In this document: one piece after another, positions 1-13,045 of the stretch
How the letters are laid out: every line of letters starts with the position of its first letter
Numbering within the stretch: position 1 is the stretch's first letter
NCBI RefSeq assembly: GCF_028641065.1
Contig: NC_073398.1
Location: forward strand, 21,514,001-21,578,000
Source of the DNA: Leucoraja erinacea
Taxonomy: Eukaryota
Length of the DNA stretch: 64,000 nucleotides
Direction of reading: 5' to 3'
Program-made: the position numbers and the translations under genes
Notes under the pieces: generated by a model
Told to the model about the DNA's origin: nothing
What the model saw: the letters and a program-made list of their open reading frames with translations, nothing else
Databases searched by the model: none

Positions 1-249
1 GTAATTTCTCTGTGCTGCTGGCTCTGATCTTGACAAGGGACTGGATGGTAGGACTGCAGCTGAAGGCGAATGTGGGCGGTAGCAGGTCACTTATGCTCCT
101 TCAGTAATCTCCAATTGATGTTTTACTGCCGTGAAGTGAAAAGCCGATAAAGCTGGAATGGGTTTTGAGTGAGACGTCAGCTTTTTATAGCTTTTTAAAT
201 GTTATACAATCTCCCCTCTCCCATCAGCAAAAGAGAATAAAAGTGTGAA

Positions 250-535
250 AATGCACACCTTCAAATTCAGGGCCAGTTTTTTTCCCAGCTGTTATCAAGC
301 AACTGAATCATCCTACCACAACCAGAGAGCAGCGCTGAACTACTATCTATCTCATTGGTGACCCTAGGACTATCCTTGATCAGACTTTGTACTAAACATT
401 ATTACTTTATCATGCATCTATACACTGTAAATGGCTCGACTGTGATCATATATTGTCTTTCTGTTAACTGGACAGCACGCAACAAAAGCTTTCACTGTAC
501 TCGGTGCACGTGACAATAAACTAACTGAACTAAAC
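250..535 (+). mobile_element. LINE 3' fragment (Rex/Babar-like)
   Basis: Remnant ending ...tttcactgtactcggtgcacgtgacaataaactaactgaactaaac; a related copy lies inverted at ~24060-24300. Confidence 0.6.
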
Positions 536-796
536 ATTTGCAGAAGCACTAGAGCCCGTCATGCCTGATCCCACCCTGTGCGCTTGTGGGTGGTCCCTGC
601 CTTCAATTAGTGGAGCCCAACTTAGTGGTGATTGCACACAAGTCATGTGAGACAGATTGGATTCTGCCTGACCAGAAACTACATGTTATTCTTGGCAGCT
701 CAAAGGTTTCCTGAAACATCCTCTCCCCATCATGGAAGTGCATGCTAATGCCCTGATAACTGAGGCCAGTTTTAGTGGCTGCAGTTCCTCTCATGC

Positions 797-962
797 TTTA
801 GCTTAGTTTAGTTTAGACGTACAGCGCAGATCAGGCCATTCAGCCCACTGAGTCCATGCTGACCAGCGATCCCCGCACACTTAACACTATCCTATGCACA
901 CTAGGGACAATTTACAATTTTACCAAGCCAATTAACCTACAAGCCTTTACGTCTTTGGAATG
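797..962 (-). mobile_element. HE1-like V-SINE, 3' half
   Basis: Reverse complement of the SINE tail (gtttagtttaga...cagcgc...ggccattcagcccact...ctagggacaattta). Confidence 0.8.
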
Positions 963-1479
963 TCTTTGCCACCAAAATGCAGCACAACACAAGCATGTAA
1001 AGAAATGGAGAATTTACAAAATAATAATTTAAAGTCTTTGGGCAGCACGGAGATAGGTAGTGCTGCGCTTGCCTAGTGCTGCTCTTTAACTTACAATTTT
1101 GTAGATTCTCCATTCCGTTACATAATAATGACCACATGCAAATTCCTCCAGGCCCTTCAACTTTCTCCCATATCTCGTGTCGTACTAATTGTTAGGTTGA
1201 TCGGCGACTGTTCCTCCCCTTGGTGGGGGACTCGAGGCATGTGAGAGAAAATAGGTTACAGGGACATAAGTGAGGCAATGGCATGGGTCTGAGTGCTGGC
1301 ATGGGCTCAATATTACTCAATGGTCAACTTTGCATTGTTAAAAATATGAGAAAACAATCTGGGCTGCATCTGTGAGAATCTGAAGCTGAAATGAAAGTTT
1401 GAAATCCAGTTTGGTTGTAAAATGGGCGATATCAGAATCGGCTGCCTGACGCCCACTTTGACTTACCTCCGCTGATTAA

Positions 1480-1950
1480 AATATAGAAAATAGAAAATAG
1501 TGGTGATAGAGCACAGGAACAGATCCTTAGGCCCACAATGTTTGTACCGAACATGATGCCTTGTTCAACTGATCTCATCTGCTGGTACATGATTCCTTTA
1601 TTCCCTGCATGTCCATGTGTCTATCTATAAGCTTCTTAAACACCACTATTGTATATGCCTCCACCACCACCCCTGGCAATGCGTTCCAGGCCCCTGCCAA
1701 TCTGTGTAAAAAAACGCCCTACACATCTCAATTAAAAATTTCCTCTCTCACCTTGAAGCTATGCCCTCTAGCGCTGGACATTTCCACCCTGGGGAAAGGG
1801 TTCTGACTGTCTACCCTTTCTATGCCTCTCTATAATTTTACAAGTCTCTCTTCAACCTCTGACTTTCCAGAGAAAGCAATCCAGATTTATTCAACCTCTC
1901 TCTGTAGCTGAAACCCTCTAATCCAGGTAGCATTCTGGTAAACCTCCTAT
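1480..1950 (-). mobile_element. CR1/HER1-like LINE 3' fragment
   Basis: Antisense CR1-type 3' end (ccaccaccacccctggcaatgcgttccagg...cctctcaccttgaagctatgccctctag). Confidence 0.75.
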
Positions 1951-2687
1951 AGGGATCTATTAAAAAAGTTTAATGATTGAATTGTTGCATATTACCCGCT
2001 TTACACCTCTGTCAGAGTGTGTTGGAGATAAATCTCTAATAATTGGAGGGGCCTAATTTCCTAGATAAGGCCACTTCTGTTCTCTGAATGCTATAAACAT
2101 TTTCCTTGCTTATTAGTGCTTTACTTTTTATTTCCACATTTTTTACAAATGACTTTTAAAAGTAAAAATATCTTACTTTTCATTTTGTGCTATTACTCAT
2201 AACTTAACAGTGTATTTTGTTGTATTTCGTTGCAATTAGTCTCAACACTCAATTCTGATTTTGTGAAACTGGATACATGAATCTTACCTACTGCTCTTGT
2301 GTTGGGACTATTTATCCATGTGAAAGATTATTAATAGTTAAACGTTTATTGCCATTATATCCATGGTATTTGTTTACAAAATAACTAGCGAGGTCTCTAT
2401 TGCCTGATGATGAGTTTTCTTTTAGAGCAACTTGAAAGAATAGTTTTCCCATGTTTGTAATAGTTAATTTTCAATGCCGGGGCCGATAAGCAATCTTTAA
2501 AAGTCACGAGCCAAGAGTGATTCATTTTCTTATTTCCTGAAATGAAACAATGACATTCTTTCTTGCAACAACACAGCAGGTTTGTAACACGGTGCTCAAT
2601 AGGTAATATGATAAACAAATGACAAAAAGCCTATTGACTTATAAAACTCCACATCTAAATATTTTTTGGGAATGATTGGCTTGATAA

Positions 2688-2992
2688 GGCAGCACAGTGG
2701 TGCAGCGGTAGAGTTGCTGTCTCACAGCACCAGAGACCTGGGTTTGATCCTGACTTTGGGTGTTGTCTGCACAGAGTTTGTACATTCTCCCCGTGACTGT
2801 GTGGGTTTTCTCCGGGTGCTCCATTTTCCTCCCCCATTCCAAAGACGTGCAGGTTTGTAGGTTAATTGACTTCTGCAAATTATCCCTAGTGTGTAGAATA
2901 GAACTAGGGTATGAGTAATCACTGGTCGGCACGGACTCGGTGTGGCAAAGGCCCTGTTTCCACGCTGTATCTCTAAACTATACAAAACTAAA
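2688..2992 (+). mobile_element. Full-length HE1-like tRNA-derived V-SINE
   Basis: A box (tggtgcagcgg), B-box-like gtttgatcc, V-domain gagtttgtacattctccccgtgac...ccaaagac, tail ctgtatctctaaac. Confidence 0.85.
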
Positions 2993-3454
2993 TAAGTTGA
3001 GGAATTACTTAATTGCAGAGGGAAGTATCAGTGCTGGAATTGGGGGGGGGGGGGGGGGGGGGGGGGAGGATAGGGCATTGCCAAGGAGATCCATGCCCCC
3101 TGAGTTTGAGAAGTAATGGTGCCTTTGCAGGAGCTATCCATTGAATTTATACCACCTGCACAAGCAAGCGCACTGTAATTATTATAACTCCTGACTACTT
3201 GCCAATTCCATCTATTGCAATTCCTTTGAGATTGTAAATGGTTATTACGCAAAGCTCATCCTGAATAGTGTGTAAATGGGAAAAAGTAGTGCCATTCTAC
3301 GAATAGACATTAAAAGCCCAGTGGAAATAAATATTTAAACAGTTTGCAAAACTGAAGTCCTGTCCAAGTGGAATTAGAGAGACCCACGGCATCAGTGCCC
3401 TCTTGTGGCAATACGTAGGATTTCTTTTGTGTAATTATTCCTTTGTTTTCATGT

Positions 3455-4035
3455 CAAGAGAATCAAGAGTCATGAGTGTTTTATTGCCATATGTCCCAGA
3501 TAGAACAATGAAATTCTTACTTGTTGCAGCACAATATGTAAACATAGTACACTGTGAGCAATATAATCAATGAGAGAAAAAAAAGTTCAATGTGTANNNN
3601 NNNNNNNNNNNNNNNNNNNNNNNNNNNNNNNNNNNNNNNNNNNNNNNNNNNNNNNNNNNNNNNNNNNNNNNNNNNNNNNNNNNNNNNNNNNNNNNNNNNN
3701 NNNNNNNNNNNNNNNNNNNNNNNNNNNNNNNNNNNNNNNNNNNNNNNNNNNNNNNNNNNNGTAGTGCAATAATAATAATAATAGTCTATTGTAGTTCAGA
3801 GCTTATTTAAGGTTGTAATGTTTAATAGCCTGATAGCTGCAGGGAAGAAACTGTTCCTGTACCTGAACTTTACAGTTTTCAGGCTCCTGTACCTTCTTCC
3901 CAATGGCAGGGGTGAAATGAGTGTGTGGCCAGGATGGTGTGGGTCTCTGATGATGCTGGCTGCATTTTTGATTTCAATAAATCCCTTTGATGGTGGGGAG
4001 GTCAGAGCTGGTGATGGACTGGGCAGTGGTCACAA
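3455..4035 (-). mobile_element. Rex/Babar-like LINE 3' fragment spanning an assembly gap
   Basis: Antisense tail caagagtc...ttttattgccatatg, then aagaaactgttcctg...tttcaggctcctgtaccttcttcccaatggcag (antisense LPLGRRYRSL-type end). Confidence 0.7.
3597..3760. other. Assembly gap (164 N)
   Basis: Run of N. Confidence 1.
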
Positions 4036-4715
4036 CCTGAAGCTTGTGGTTCAAGCCTTTTAAGTGCTAATTGATACTGGTATCATTGATTAATGTTTGA
4101 AATATCTTTTTCAATTCAGCTTTCCCAAATTATTAGTGTGAGGAATTCACCTTTGCTCAGGCTCTTAACATGCATGAGTATATCGGCTACTTGCCCCTTG
4201 AGGTTTTGGCTCTGATCCCTTTAGTAGAAACAAATGTGGAGCTAAGAACAACCGGCAACCAATAAATTGCATCAATTTATCACTGACATTTTCCTTCTCC
4301 TTTGCTGTCTATAATGGGCCTAAATGGAATGATCCCAGGCAACAGAAACTAACAGAGCACTACAATGTTTCCTCGATTTTGTGAGATTGTAATATCTTTT
4401 CAGACATTCAGCACCATCTGTGTTTTTTCAGGACTGCACGCTGCTTTTGTTCAGATGCTTAGCTGCTCCTGTCTTCAGAGTCTTTCCGTACTTTAAATGG
4501 GCTGAATCAGCTCTGTACTGAAGTAATGCCAGCGCTAACTCCATGTTGGTTAGTGTGACCCCTCAGCATCAGCTTCTGGCGAGAGAGTGTTTGAGAAAAC
4601 GTGTACTGTTTTTCCCTTTCTCTTTGCTGTGTTTCCTAGCAGTCCAGTGCTAAAATGCACTGAGACCACAAAGCTGTCGCTGATACCACTGTGCAGGGAT
4701 TTGTGCATTGCCATC

Positions 4716-6714
4716 ATTTATCAAGAGGGGGCAATCATCTTTGGCCCTTGTGTGAATTGAGAATTTAGGGGAATTAAATAGAATGGAAATGAAATGTGTT
4801 AGGGGACAGGTGAATGTAAAGGTCTGTGGATATGATGAGCCATGGAGGGTGGCACAGTAGTGCAGCTGGTAAAGCTGATGCCTCACAGCCCCAAAGACCC
4901 AGGTTCGATCCTGACAAGAGGTGCTGCCTGTGTGGAGTTTGCAAATTCTCCCTGTGACCGCATGGATTTTATGACCAAAAGCATAGGTCATAAAATATCT
5001 TTATTCTCCACGGAAGGACGTGTGATCTAATAATAAAATCCAATATTTTAGCAAAGGACATAAATTCTCTCAAAGGGAATTTGATAGCTGCTTTATGTGG
5101 GGACTGCTGTATGAAATGGGGACTGAGCATGACATGGGGGTTAGTCCAGTTGGCTCCTGTGGGATAAACAGCTTCCAAGAATTGGACTATTGTGACCTGA
5201 CACATTGAAATTACACAACACCAGCAGTGGAGTCTTGCAAATTCTCCCTGTGACCGCATGGATTTCTTCCGGGTGTTCCGGTTTCCTCCCACATTGCGGG
5301 ATTGTAGGTTAATTGGCCTGTGCAAATTGCCTGTAAGGCATAGGGAGTGCATGGAAAAAGTGAGATAACTGAACTGGTGTGAACAGGTCATCGACGGTCG
5401 GTGTGGACTTGTTGTGCCGAAGGGCCTGGTACCATGTTGTATCTGTTAATCAATTCAATATTTCCTGTCTGACTATTAAGTTATGGGGAAATGTGGGAAT
5501 GGACCATCCTAATCAGTTCCATCCCCCTGCCTTCTCTCCAAGTCCTGATTTTGCTTTTTAAAAAAAAATAACTGCTAATTTATTTTTGCATCAGCCATAA
5601 CTACAAAGAGATCAGTCACACTGTTATAAAAATACACAATATGTCCAAGAAGTCAATCTGCATCTGTAAAGAAATAAAAGGAAACACCATTTCATTCAGA
5701 GACCATTGACTTGAAACATAGACCCGTTTCGCTCTCCACAACTGCTACCAGAACTGTTGAATATTTCCAGTTTTCTGTTTTTATTTTTGTCTTCCAAAAG
5801 CATTTCTGCACCAATTTGGTTTTAGGCAGTCAGCTGTGTTCATTGTTCCTTTTGTCACCTGTAGTTGTTGCATTTCTGCTATTTCCATCAGTCTCTTGTA
5901 AGATGAAGTTGGCTAAAAACTAATTCCACACTGACAGCCTGAAGCTTGCTTTGTAGCCATGTCACCATGCTGTACGCAGTTTCTCAACTCCATTCCTCTG
6001 AAGTCAACAAAATTAGTTTTGGTAGTACTGAAGGCTGCTGAGATTGCTATGTAACTTTTATGAAGTATAGAGCGTTGAGGTTACTATGAAACACATCCAC
6101 CATGGGAGTGAATGTTGTGGCAATTGTAATCTTGCGAGAAGGAATTTACATTAAGCTGACATCCGACCCAAACACCACTGCTGAGAGTGCGGCAAGACTC
6201 CACTGCTGGTGTTGTGTAATTTCAATGTGTCAGGTCACAATAGTCCAATTCTTGGAAGCTGTTTATCCCACAAGAGCCATCTGGATTAACCCCCATGTCA
6301 TGCTCAGTCCCCATTTCATACAGCAGCCCCCACATAAAGCAGCTATCAAATTCCCTTTGAGAGAATTTATGTCCTTTGCTAAAATATTGGATTTTATTAT
6401 TAGATCACACGTCCTTCCGTGGAGAATAAAGATATTTTATGACCTATGCTTTTGGTCATAAAATCCATGCAGTCACAGGGAGAATTTGCAAACTCCACAC
6501 AGGCAGCACCTCTTGTCAGGATCGAACCTGGGTCTTTGGGGCTGTGAGGCATCAGCTTTACCAGCTGCACTACTGTGCCACCCTCCATGGCTCATCATAT
6601 CCACAGACCTTTACATTCACCTGTCCCCTAACACATTTCATTTCCATTCTACTTAATTCCCCTAAATTCTCAATTCACATAAGGGCCAAAGATGATTGGC
6701 CCCTCTTGTTAAAT
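4716..6714. repeat. Long inverted duplication: 523-bp arms at 4716-5238 and 6192-6714, 953-bp spacer
   Basis: The arms are reverse complements with about 9-10 substitutions by eye, and the ORF track shows mirrored peptides on opposite strands. Confidence 0.95.
4847..5460 (+). mobile_element. V-SINE interrupted by a ~265-bp insertion
   Basis: Head at 4847-4969, body resumes at ~5235; ~31-bp duplication ttgcaaattctccctgtgaccgcatggattt at both junctions. Confidence 0.85.
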
Positions 6715-6884
6715 CTATTACAGCAATCTATTACTGTTTAGCTTCTTATTTACCTTGTAGTGTTGAAGATCTTAATCAGGTAATTTCCTCCATTGTGATA
6801 AAAACGCTTGCATTTCAAGTACCTCTTCATAATAATGGCGTCCCGTCTACAATAATGGGTCAGTTAACATTTATTTAATCCTTC

Positions 6885-7330
6885 TGTATTAAAGCAGATT
6901 ATTGGTTGCCCTCTCCCCTCCCTGATGGATATCTACACCTCCCGCTGCCTTAGCAGGGCAAAGAATATCATCAAAGACAGCTCTCATCCTGCGTTTGGAC
7001 TGTTCGACCTGCTGCCCTCTGGAAGGCGCTATAGGTGCATCAAATCCAGGACTAATAGACTCAGAAATAGTTGCTTTCCGAAAATTATAACTACTCTTAA
7101 TTCAAATTCACACATGCAGTGATTTCACAGCCTAACACCCGGACTCCCATCTGTATATATGTATATAGCGCCGCAAAATTGTGCACCTATCCACCCCCCC
7201 CCCTTCTCCCTTCTGTTTTTTGTTTTTCTGTTTCATGTTTTTTGTACTAAATTATATGTATGCACTGAGTACGAGCAGCTTTCAATTTCACTGTACATGT
7301 ATAATGACAATAAATGGCATATCTATCTAT
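6885..7330 (+). mobile_element. Rex1/Babar-like LINE 3' end
   Basis: ORF 6925-7122 IIKDSSHPAFGLFDLLPSGRRYRCIKSRTNRLRNSCFP, then tail tgacaataaa...atctatctat. Confidence 0.85.
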
Positions 7331-7366
7331 TATGAAACTTTGGCTAAAAGATCTTGTGTAAGTTCA

Positions 7367-7490
7367 AGAAAGAACTGCAGATGCTAGAAAAATCGAAGGT
7401 AGATAAAAATGCTGGAGAAACTCAGCGGGTGAGGCAGCATCTATGGAGCGTTTCAGGTCGAGACCCTTCGTCAGACTGAAGGAGGGTCTC
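7367..7490 (-). mobile_element. Short Penelope-LTR-derived element with hammerhead-like core
   Basis: TSD gtaagttca (7358-7366 / 7491-7499); minus strand reads CTGACGA-agggtctcgacct-GAAAC. Confidence 0.75.
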
Positions 7491-8315
7491 GTAAGTTCAT
7501 ACCCTTTTTCATTCTTCAAAAATCAACGGATTCTCTGTTTTGTTTGAACTGTGTAATCTGGCAACATTTTATTTGTGTTTAGTGATCCATGTATGTGCAC
7601 ACTTCCTCTCCCTTGCATTTAAAGTCTTGCTGTTTAAGGGGCAGTCACTTTCCTCCTTCTAACCTCCTGCTTTATGCCGCATGTCTGATGGTCCTGATGG
7701 GCCCATCGTCTGCTCATTGCAGTCCGTCACACGCTCGCACAGAACCTTAGGGAAGGGGCCTCAAGCTGGGTGCTGCTGAGGCCCTGTCCCCCAAAACTCC
7801 CTGACAACCTTGTGTGCACTAACAAATGATTAAAGACTATTAACATGAAACAATGTGGTTTGTATCCTATTTCAAACGAATGAATGCTCCGTTCCTTTGA
7901 CATAAACCCACCCACTGGATGCATCCATGTACCCTCTCCTCAGGGACAGTGACAGTGTGGGCAGCCGGGTGTGATAATGTCCTACCTCCAGCACAACTCC
8001 AATGCCACTTTTTACTGGAGCTGCATGGCAGTCCAATACGTTTTGAGACAAAGGCAGCCAATTGCGGGAGGTGTCCATCAGAATGGCTGCCTGTCTACCA
8101 GTAAGATTCAGCTCAAATGTTTTCTTGAAATTGGATTGAGCTAAACTGTGAACCAGAAACAGTTGGAGAGCAAGTGGAACTGAGTTAATCAGTTACAGAG
8201 GGACCAATGCCAAAGAAGAGTGGACACATAGATCAAAGGGATGGTGAGGGATCAAAACAGTGGAAGGTGATTAAGTGGATCACTGGAGGGATTGCTTTTC
8301 TCCAGAGATGCTGCC

Positions 8316-8547
8316 TAATGCCCCTGTCCCACTTAGGAAATCTGAACGGAAATGTCTGGAGACTTTGCGCCCCACCCAAGGTTTCCATGCGGTTCCCGGA
8401 GGTTGCAGGTGGTTGCCGGAGGTTGCAGGCAGTGGAAGCAGATAGGGAGACTGAAAAAACCTCCGGGAACCGCACGGAAACCTTGGGTGGGGCACAAAGT
8501 CTCCAGAGGTTTCCGTTCAGGTTTCCTAAGTGGGGGCAGGGGCATTA
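8316..8547. mobile_element. Palindromic MITE (~89-bp TIRs) nested in a Penelope-LTR remnant
   Basis: taatgcccctgtcccacttaggaaa...ggaggtt (8316-8404) mirrors 8458-8547; TAA/TTA ends; it splits gatgctgcc|cttgccgagtttctccagc. Confidence 0.85.
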
Positions 8548-11500
8548 CTTGCCGAGTTTCTCCAGCATTTTGTGTTTACCTTAAGAATATCGATCAGGAA
8601 ATTGGTAACATGGAAGGTAAAGGCAAGAACAGCTTTCAGGTGACAACAGTGACGATGTGGCAAGGTCAGATAGAGGTCCTCTCTCCAGTTTTATCTACGC
8701 CAAATGTGAAGCATTTTCATGCACTTCGTCCACAGGCTCAGAATTGAAACAAATACTTGAATGAACTGTTCCAATTTATCAACTGAAAAATGTATCAGTT
8801 GAGTTCTTTCTTCAATCCATCATGTTGAATAGACTTGCAGAAAAAGGGATTTCAGATTTTGAGGAAGAAGAGATTGACCAGCGAATACTGAAGAGTAAAT
8901 TTTCAACAGGATGCTAACGCTGTTAAAAGGAATATTGTTGGAATTTTTTTTTGGTTGTACCAGTCTCGTTCATTGTCATCTTGCATATCATCCAACAAAA
9001 TAGAACTGATATTGGTGAAATGAAAATAGTTCTGTATGTTTAAAAGTACATTTGCACGAATAGCAGTCATGTTGAAAACATCATCTATGTTGCTTTTAAT
9101 TATCTCAGGAATCTCCTTTCCAGCAACAAAATAATTAAAAGTAAACACTGAAATAATGGAAGGGAATTCTGGTTAGCAGTCATAAGGTCATGTGATAGAA
9201 ACAGAATTAGGCCATTCGACCCATCAAGTGTACTCTGCCATTCGAGAAAGGATGATTAGTGTGAGGAGTTGGTAGGTTTGTCTGGCCCTCTTTATGAAGG
9301 AACTACTTGCAATCTTCAGCCTCTTTTTGTTTTAGCATTTGTACCATTGTACCGGACAGAGTTTATCCTTCAAAACACACCATTTACTCTGCTAGCTCCT
9401 GTTTGAGACTTTCGACTGAACAAAATATAAACATGACTAAATATAACAGATGCCAGAAAAAATAATCCAGCTTCTTTTTATTATTGTTTATTTTTCTAGC
9501 ATTATCCATTGTGCATAATAATAGATTTTCTCATAATGCCTCTGAACTGTGTGTGGATTTGTGGCAGTTTGTAAATGCATGCCATTTATTTGACAGTAAG
9601 TGCTTAATCCGCGCCATTATGCACCTACATTCAGCTGTGCGGTGATGAAGAATTATAACAGGTTTCCTTCCCTTAATGTATGTTCATGTAAAGTAACCCC
9701 GTTATCCTTTGACACCATTGTGGAATAAATAAACAAAATTGGTAGGAGAAAAATCATGCTGATTTCATGTGCGCTGTGCTGAAATGTTATTTTGGCAGGT
9801 TGTCAGATCCTTTGTCTGTATCAGATGCAATAAGCTCACCTCGACACAGGAACATTTCCACTGATAACGTTGACAGGAGCCCATTCCATCAGAGTGGCTG
9901 GTGAGCTAGGCAGGCAGCTATGTTTAAATACACTTGGTTTAAAAATAGAGGCAGCACTAGATAATATCAAATATTTTTAATGTCCCTGGTTGAAATACAT
10001 TCTGATAACACAGTGAATCTTTTGACTTGCACAAACTAATTTTGTATATTTTCGAAACTGATGAAAGCTTTTTACTTAGGAACCAGGATTTTCATCATTC
10101 CATACAAGAGCACCTGGTGATAGAATCTCTTGTTAACACGAATACATTTTATTTTCAAATGCATTGTGCAGATCTTTTCATAACACGCTCATTTTGTGGA
10201 TTCTTATTTTCCCTCCTGCCTATTTTTGATGGAATTATAATCCCAGTATTGCATTCATCAATATTCTGGCATTATTTTTTCTATCACTGTTTGTGTTTAG
10301 AGTTGAAGAATTCTGTTCCCAAACATGACAATTGCCCATTGCCACCTAGGCTTAGTCCCTCTTAATTTCCACCTTTTCCAATATTTTGTTCATAACGGAA
10401 AGAAAACAACAGGCTACTGATCCCAACAACTTTGCCTATTAAACAGAAATACCAGATGAGGATGCCTAATAGTAATTTAAATTGGTATGATTTAATATAT
10501 TTCCCTTGATTATGATATTAATTACATTCTATCAAATCAGCTATTGCTAGGAACTGACTCTGTGCTGATGCCTGATGTTAGCCTTTCCTTTAGGGCAATG
10601 ACAGCAATTTGAGGCTCAGTAATTACCTGCAGGGAAAAAGCTTCAGGCCAAGTATCCATAAAATGCTGTGCATCTTCTATCAGCTTTTATTAAGAATACT
10701 GAGAAACTCTAGCAAATGAGGCTGCTAGCTGAATGTTGGGTTATGTTATAATTTTTTTTAGAAATGCTGATAAAACAAGCTACACTTGAGCATAAATCAG
10801 CCTCTGTTTTTGCCAATGTTATTGCATTGAGTGTGTTTTATCGAAGTGATCGGTAATCTTTGGGTGAACATTGCAAATTAAAATGTTCAATATTCTTTAT
10901 AATACAATATTGTAATAATAAGACTTGTGATAGCTGCATTTGCCTTAACCATTAGGATTTCCCCAACATTAGCTTTATCAAAACGACCTGCAGATTAATA
11001 GCTTTTGATTATTTGTGTTCCATCAGGAGATTATTGCGACTGACATCATCTTTAGTCTTATGATCCTTTGTAAAATACAAAAGTCTAATGAAAGATAGGT
11101 GGGCCGAAAGTCCTGTTTCTGAATTGTATCTCAAATCAAATAATTGAATGTTCAGCATCTGAGACGCACTGCTGAAGTTGTAGTGGAGACAGATCCGACT
11201 GTGGTATTGAAAAGGGAGCTGGATTTATATCTCAAACAACTTAATGTTCAGGGGTTATGAGCAGAGGGCAGAGGAGCAGGTCTCGTGAAATTGCTCATAC
11301 ATAGATCCAGAATGGACCCAATGAGCCAAATAACTTCTGAGAGTCTGTGCACTATTAAGCTCATGCCCTTCAATCAGTGCAACTCCATAAAAACAATAAA
11401 TTCCAATACAGTTAACTTTAACTATTTAAAGCGCTAGTTTGCTTTCAGATGAAACCATCAGGTACCTTTGTGATCTGAGAAATAATTTTTGCCACCTAAA

Positions 11501-11582
11501 TTTTTGAATGGAGCCAGTATCAGTGCAGCTTAACAGCTCCACAATAATTATCATTTGTTGTTCATAAGAAGAGATATAAAAC

Positions 11583-11861
11583 AGCACACAGTGGTGCAGT
11601 GATAGTTCCTACCTTACAGCACCAGTAACCTGGGTTCAATCCTGACTACGGGTGCTGTCTGTATGTAGTTTGTATGTTCTCTCTGTGACCGGGTGGGTTT
11701 TCTCTGGGTGTCTCGGTTTTCTCCACATTCCAAAGACGGCAGGTTTCTAGGTTAATTGACCTTTTTAAATAAAAACCTAATTTGTAGTTTACGGGTGATC
11801 ATTGGTCGGCATGGACTCAGTGGGCTGAAGGGCCTGTTTCCACGCTGTATCTCTAAACTAG
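11583..11861 (+). mobile_element. HE1-like V-SINE
   Basis: tRNA-like head, V-domain, tail ctgtatctctaaacta. Confidence 0.85.
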
Positions 11862-12670
11862 ACGGTAACTGCAGTATAATTATCTGGCAACATATTTTAA
11901 AAACATGAAAGCTAGGCATTAGATATAACAACAAACGAGCATTGGTGTGAGCTGTGGCTGTTTAATTTTGAAGTTGAAATAGATCATTTTGCCTGAGGGG
12001 TTTAATGAGGATGTTTTTCAAAGATCAGGCTCTCTAGAAAATGAATAATTTTGTCCCCAGGGTCTGATTCAGACAGCCTCAGGTTGACAGTCATCAGCCT
12101 ACCTGAAATATTATGACAGGGTAATGAATCTCAGTGAATTATTTGATGAAATCTGAGGCTGTTGAACGAGCTGATCAGACTCTACCTGGGTCTCAGTGCT
12201 ACTTAATGACAGGAAGCATTTTGGAGCTGCACCGTGCTGAGTGCCACCTCTGGAAGGCTCGTTTTTCTTTTGTTCAGTGAAAATGACAGAGAAGCGGCAT
12301 CAATTGCATGCATTCTCATGTCAGCCAACAATCATGGGTGAAAACCTCCTTTGGCAAAACGACGAGCTGTTTTCCAAATCAAAAACACATGAGAGCTTGT
12401 GCTTCTTGGAGTTATTCTCCCAGCGTAAACGGAGCTCCTGATAAGCGCGCAGACTCTGTGTAGAGTTTGTGAGTTCTCCAAACCAAATTAATATGGTTCA
12501 TAAATGGAATGTATTGCTTGGTTTAATATGTATTGTTCTCCCCACACCACACTTATTGCTCTGAGCAGTTCCAGTTCCTGTGAAGATTCTTGTTGGTGTT
12601 GAGACAAGCATGTAATGGCACTGAGTGGCGATAAGCCTGCACCGTTGATTAATAATTATTGATTCTTATT

Positions 12671-13045
12671 AGAAACATAGAAAACAGGTGCAGGAATAGG
12701 CCAGTCGGTCCTTCGAACCAGCACTGCCATTCAATATGATCATGGCTGATCATCCAGTATCAGTACCCCGTTCCTGCTTTCTCCCCATATCCTTTGATTC
12801 CGTTATCCCGAAGCACTAAATCTAACTCTCTCTTGAAAACATCCCATGAATCGGCCTCCACTGCTTTCTGTGGCAGAGAATTCTGCACATTCACAACTCT
12901 CTGGGTGAAAACGTTTTCCCTCATCTCAGTTCTAAATGGCCTACCCCTTATTCTTAAACTATGACCCCTGGGTATGGACTCCCCCAACATCATGAACATT
13001 TTACCTGCATCTTGCCTTCCCAATCCTTTAATAATTGTATATGTT
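12671..13045 (-). mobile_element. CR1/HER1-like LINE 3' end
   Basis: ORF 12760-13053(-) RGHSLRIRGRPFRTEMRENVFTQRVVN, a CR1 ORF2 C-terminus. Confidence 0.88.

Noticed and set aside
2688-2760. tRNA-like A/B boxes
   Set aside because: These are SINE heads followed by a V-domain and LINE-like tail, not tRNA genes.
3554-3810. ORFs made of X residues (also 45274-45604)
   Set aside because: Translation across assembly gaps.
8760-9150. Protein-looking 81-aa minus-strand ORF (8903-9148)
   Set aside because: No recognisable family or splice context; it may be a very old TE relic, but I cannot support a call.
10270-10335. Minus-strand GTEFFNSK resembling an integrase motif
   Set aside because: Immediately followed by stop codons, with no other DDE motif nearby.
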